A stretch of 64,000 nt of DNA, taken from the NCBI GenBank assembly GCA_030295235.1, contig AP026141.1, forward strand, positions 434,001-498,000, given 5' to 3'. The stretch comes from Fistulifera solaris. Lineage: Eukaryota. Of the stretch, positions 60,813 through 64,000 are shown in pieces. The notes under the pieces are model-generated. The model made no database searches. It had not been told where the DNA came from and saw nothing but the letters and a program-made list of their open reading frames with translations. The translations under genes were made by a program, and so were the position numbers. Every line of letters starts with the position of its first letter. Position 1 is the first letter of the stretch.

Positions 60813-62807
60813 TTACTTTTTGAGAATCAAAGCCCTGTACTCCTTAATAGCTCGTCCCCATATTTCATAGCCTTTCTTGTTCGGATGAACGCCATCCGCG
60901 TACAAATCGGCCTTCACCGTCCCGTCCGAGTTCAGGAACAAGTTTGTTGCTTCAAAGAATGCGACGGCAGTTCCCGTCGACTCAGCAAAGCATTTGAGCT
61001 TTGCATTGATAAGAGGAATAACATCAAAGCCTGTATCCATGCGAGGAAGGATTGAATTGATGACAATTCTTGCTTTTGGTTGTCGGCTCAAAATTTCTTT
61101 TACTATAATGATGTTTGCCGCAACGATGGTATTAGGATTGCAGTCGTCGGTAATATCATTCGTCCCGATCAGTATCCATACAACTGAAACGTCGAGTTCG
61201 GAAGGGAGTTCCCCGTTTTGAATTCGATGTAGTAGATATGATGATTTGTCTGCTGCAATGCCCATTACTAGCGTGGATTCGATAGAAAATAGTTCGGCAA
61301 ATACGTCCGGTATATCCCTGTAGCGGAGCGATGGAGAACCCAGAACTGTTCCGAGCCACAGTTCTGTTATCGAATCCCCCATGAGCATAAGCTCCACCGT
61401 CGCATTGTTTGCTAGAAACGGAATCAGCTGGTCTTTATTGCGCTGGAATGTTTTAATCCATCGTGCATGCATTCTCGGGTCATCATTTGTCATGGGTAAA
61501 TAAGGATCTAGACACAGACACGAATCTTTCTGCCGGCAACGGTTTGTCGGCGCGGTCGAAACTTCATTCACCAACGCGTCGAAATAGCTGGCCTCTCCAC
61601 AAGTAGGTTGAGATGTAATATTCTCATCACCCGACATTTCTAGTTGAATCTCTTTGACTCGCTGAACGATCGCGTCGCCCCATATTTGGTAGCCCTCACT
61701 CGATAGGTGAATCGGATCTTGGTATAACGTAGCGTTACGATAGTCGGGACTGTGGTGCGCCACAAACAGACGGGTGGCGTCAAAAAATTCGAGGGCGCTG
61801 GATGCAAGCATTTCTGAGTAACATTCGAGATGCTTGTTCACTCGTAGTGCCTCTTGCCAATTTCGATCCTTTATGAGATGCGTATCACTGGCGTTTCGAC
61901 CGCTGCGAGGCAACAATGAATTCAGCACCACTTTTGTTCTGCTGGAGTCAACGGCGTTCAAAACAAATTCCGCGACTGCAATGTTCCCTGCCACCACAGC
62001 GTCGACATTACAATGATCACCACCCAAGTCGTTGGTCCCAATATTAATCCAGATAACTTTTGCCGTCGTCACCAGTTCACCCACTTTCATTCGGTACAAG
62101 AGATGCGGAATGCGGTCCCCGGCTATCCCTAACGCCAGACCACGCAGCGTCCCTTCTTGAAAATAGTGCCGATACACCGGAGGAACTCCATCGAACTCGC
62201 TATTTGGTCCACCCAAATCCGTTCCCAGCCAGTGTTCGGTCAAACTATCACCGAGCAAGAGAACGTCTAAGGCTTGTGAACTATTATAGCGTTGAGCCAT
62301 GTCCACGTTGCGCTGGAACGCCTTGTTCCATTTTTTGTAATATCGATAATCGTCCTCCTGTGGTCGAGAAATGGTCGGATTCTGGCAAAGACACTTTCGT
62401 TCTCGACCAATATCATCACACAAATCCATATTATCCAGTTTCTGGCGCAATTCTTGATAATACTGAAGACTGGGACAAGATCGAATCACTTCCGGGAGCG
62501 TAGGACCGACATAGATTGGATCCACAAAGGTAATAGGTGCGGGAAACGCCGTCGGTGCTTGAGAACGCTCTTCTGATTTGTCCACAGAAGACTCTTCCGT
62601 CGGCGAATCCTTCCGTTCCTCAAGAACTACATCTGATATGTTGTTATCTGGCAAATAGTAGATAATAATACCCGTGACGATGAAGAGAAAGAGGGAAAGG
62701 AGCGTATAAATCAGCGTGCTTCTCGACGAACGATCGCCTTTCGGTCCGGTCGAAAGCGTTTCCTCATCTTCCCTTACTGGAAGACTTTCATAGGCTCCTT
62801 TTGTCAT
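60813..62807 (-). CDS. Type II membrane protein with two SGNH/GDSL hydrolase (PAF-acetylhydrolase Ib-like) domains
   Basis: N-terminal TM helix and two sets of GDS(L/I)TE, GIA.D, IGTND and DxxH (DPIH, DGVH). Confidence 0.9.
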   Translation of the reverse strand: MTKGAYESLPVREDEETLSTGPKGDRSSRSTLIYTLLSLFLFIVTGIIIYYLPDNNISDVVLEERKDSPTEESSVDKSEERSQAPTAFPAPITFVDPIYVGPTLPEVIRSCPSLQYYQELRQKLDNMDLCDDIGRERKCLCQNPTISRPQEDDYRYYKKWNKAFQRNVDMAQRYNSSQALDVLLLGDSLTEHWLGTDLGGPNSEFDGVPPVYRHYFQEGTLRGLALGIAGDRIPHLLYRMKVGELVTTAKVIWINIGTNDLGGDHCNVDAVVAGNIAVAEFVLNAVDSSRTKVVLNSLLPRSGRNASDTHLIKDRNWQEALRVNKHLECYSEMLASSALEFFDATRLFVAHHSPDYRNATLYQDPIHLSSEGYQIWGDAIVQRVKEIQLEMSGDENITSQPTCGEASYFDALVNEVSTAPTNRCRQKDSCLCLDPYLPMTNDDPRMHARWIKTFQRNKDQLIPFLANNATVELMLMGDSITELWLGTVLGSPSLRYRDIPDVFAELFSIESTLVMGIAADKSSYLLHRIQNGELPSELDVSVVWILIGTNDITDDCNPNTIVAANIIIVKEILSRQPKARIVINSILPRMDTGFDVIPLINAKLKCFAESTGTAVAFFEATNLFLNSDGTVKADLYADGVHPNKKGYEIWGRAIKEYRALILKK

Positions 62808-63478
62808 ATTCTTATCGACAAATAAGAAGTTGAGTATAGCATGTTACAAAAGATTGTCTCAATGATGAAACGGTCATTTTTCTGCTCTGCTTATTATCGT
62901 TGCACTCGGCGGTGCAGAAAATGTTTTTGCGCGCGGCTTTTTTGTGTCCGCTCGCCAGGCCGATTTTGGCGACCTTGTACTCTCAAGCACCATACTACTA
63001 TTTCCGTGATCCAATGCATGCGTGATTCAATGAAGTCGCTAAAGATACTATGGAGAGTATTGCAATTAATACTTACTCCGGGTATCGGTTTATGAAGCGT
63101 AGCTTCATGACTGCAACTTGCGTTTCATTTTTGCGCAGCTAGGTCGAACGGTTTTACACCTCTACAAAGCAACGATGTCAAGTTAAACAGTGTTTGTCAC
63201 CTGAAATGTCGATGTCTGCGTTCGTTTCGAGCTCGACCATGCAATCCCTCATTTAGCTCCACGCATGTTCGATTTGTTTCCCTCCTGCTACTTTGACAGT
63301 GAAGATAGTGCTCATGATGTCGTAACCAAATCTATTTGTCGTAGCAGGTATCTTCACGATCTTCATACCTATCTTGTGCGAGACCCACCTAATTGGCGAT
63401 CTTACAGTGATATAATTGTGGCCAGCTGAAAGCACGCAAAACTGCGAGATCAGCCGCTAAACTTTCAGCAGTTCGATT

Positions 63479-64000
63479 TTAAGGTCCATCTGCCGTCTTC
63501 CAATCCAAAATTTCTACCTTCATCTCATCCAATATCCGCTTAACCCGTTGAACAATCGCCCGTCCCCATAGTTTGTAGCTTCAGCATTCGGATGTATAGC
63601 GTCTTGAAATAGCGTTATATTTCGATGCAAAACATCCTTGATTCCATAAAGAGTGCCGTGGCGTCAAAGAACTCCACGTGGGGAGTCGCTTCCGCATAGC
63701 AATGCAACAATTCATTCACCTGTCGGGCCAGCGTTTGCCGTCGCGTCACTGGCAAGATCGAATTAATGACCACACGGGTAGGTTGATACCTATGTGCTAA
63801 GATGGCTTGCACGACTTCCATGATCCCCGACAGGACCGCCTCGGGTGTACAATCTCTCTTTAGAATATCGAAAACTCCAACCGTGATCCAAACAACCGGT
63901 GCTACAACTACGTCGCCTTTCAATTCTCCGTTTCGTATTCGATACAACAGTTGACTGTAACCATCTTCACCCACTCCGAGCGGAACGCCCTTGACCGACG
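63479..64000 (-). CDS. SGNH hydrolase paralogue (5' partial)
   Basis: LLYRIRNGEL, VVINSILP and FFDATALF, then after indels FQDAIHPN..YKLWGRAIVQRVK. Homologous to the adjacent gene. Confidence 0.75.

Overview
Eukaryotic nuclear DNA, most likely from a pennate diatom. The evidence is dense genes, short (58-90 nt) GT-AG introns and several bipartite plastid leaders (signal peptide followed by Phe at +1). About 33 protein-coding genes can be supported. They include a Twinkle primase-helicase, a micro-exon thioredoxin, DOMON-cytochrome b561, a very large ORC1 with five BAH-like repeats, a DHYC-type palmitoyltransferase, a plastid BASS transporter, VPS28, a PhoD-like phosphatase, a CELF-like RRM protein, a sulfotransferase, a GPI-type clostripain (C11) peptidase, a scramblase, a PPR protein, an SLC35A transporter, a P4H-like oxygenase, a GH1 beta-glucosidase and tandem SGNH hydrolases. 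About 20 single-base frameshifts, mostly in homopolymer runs, suggest an unpolished long-read assembly rather than mass pseudogenisation. The main non-genic feature is an AT-rich, gene-free island of about 4 kb (25.35-29.3 kb). It is bounded by a degenerate ~95-bp direct repeat and holds a decayed ORF, a 5'-truncated LINE-like fragment and a hairpin-rich GC element. No rRNA, tRNA, snRNA or CRISPR array was recognised. All calls are by eye from motifs; no database searches were run.
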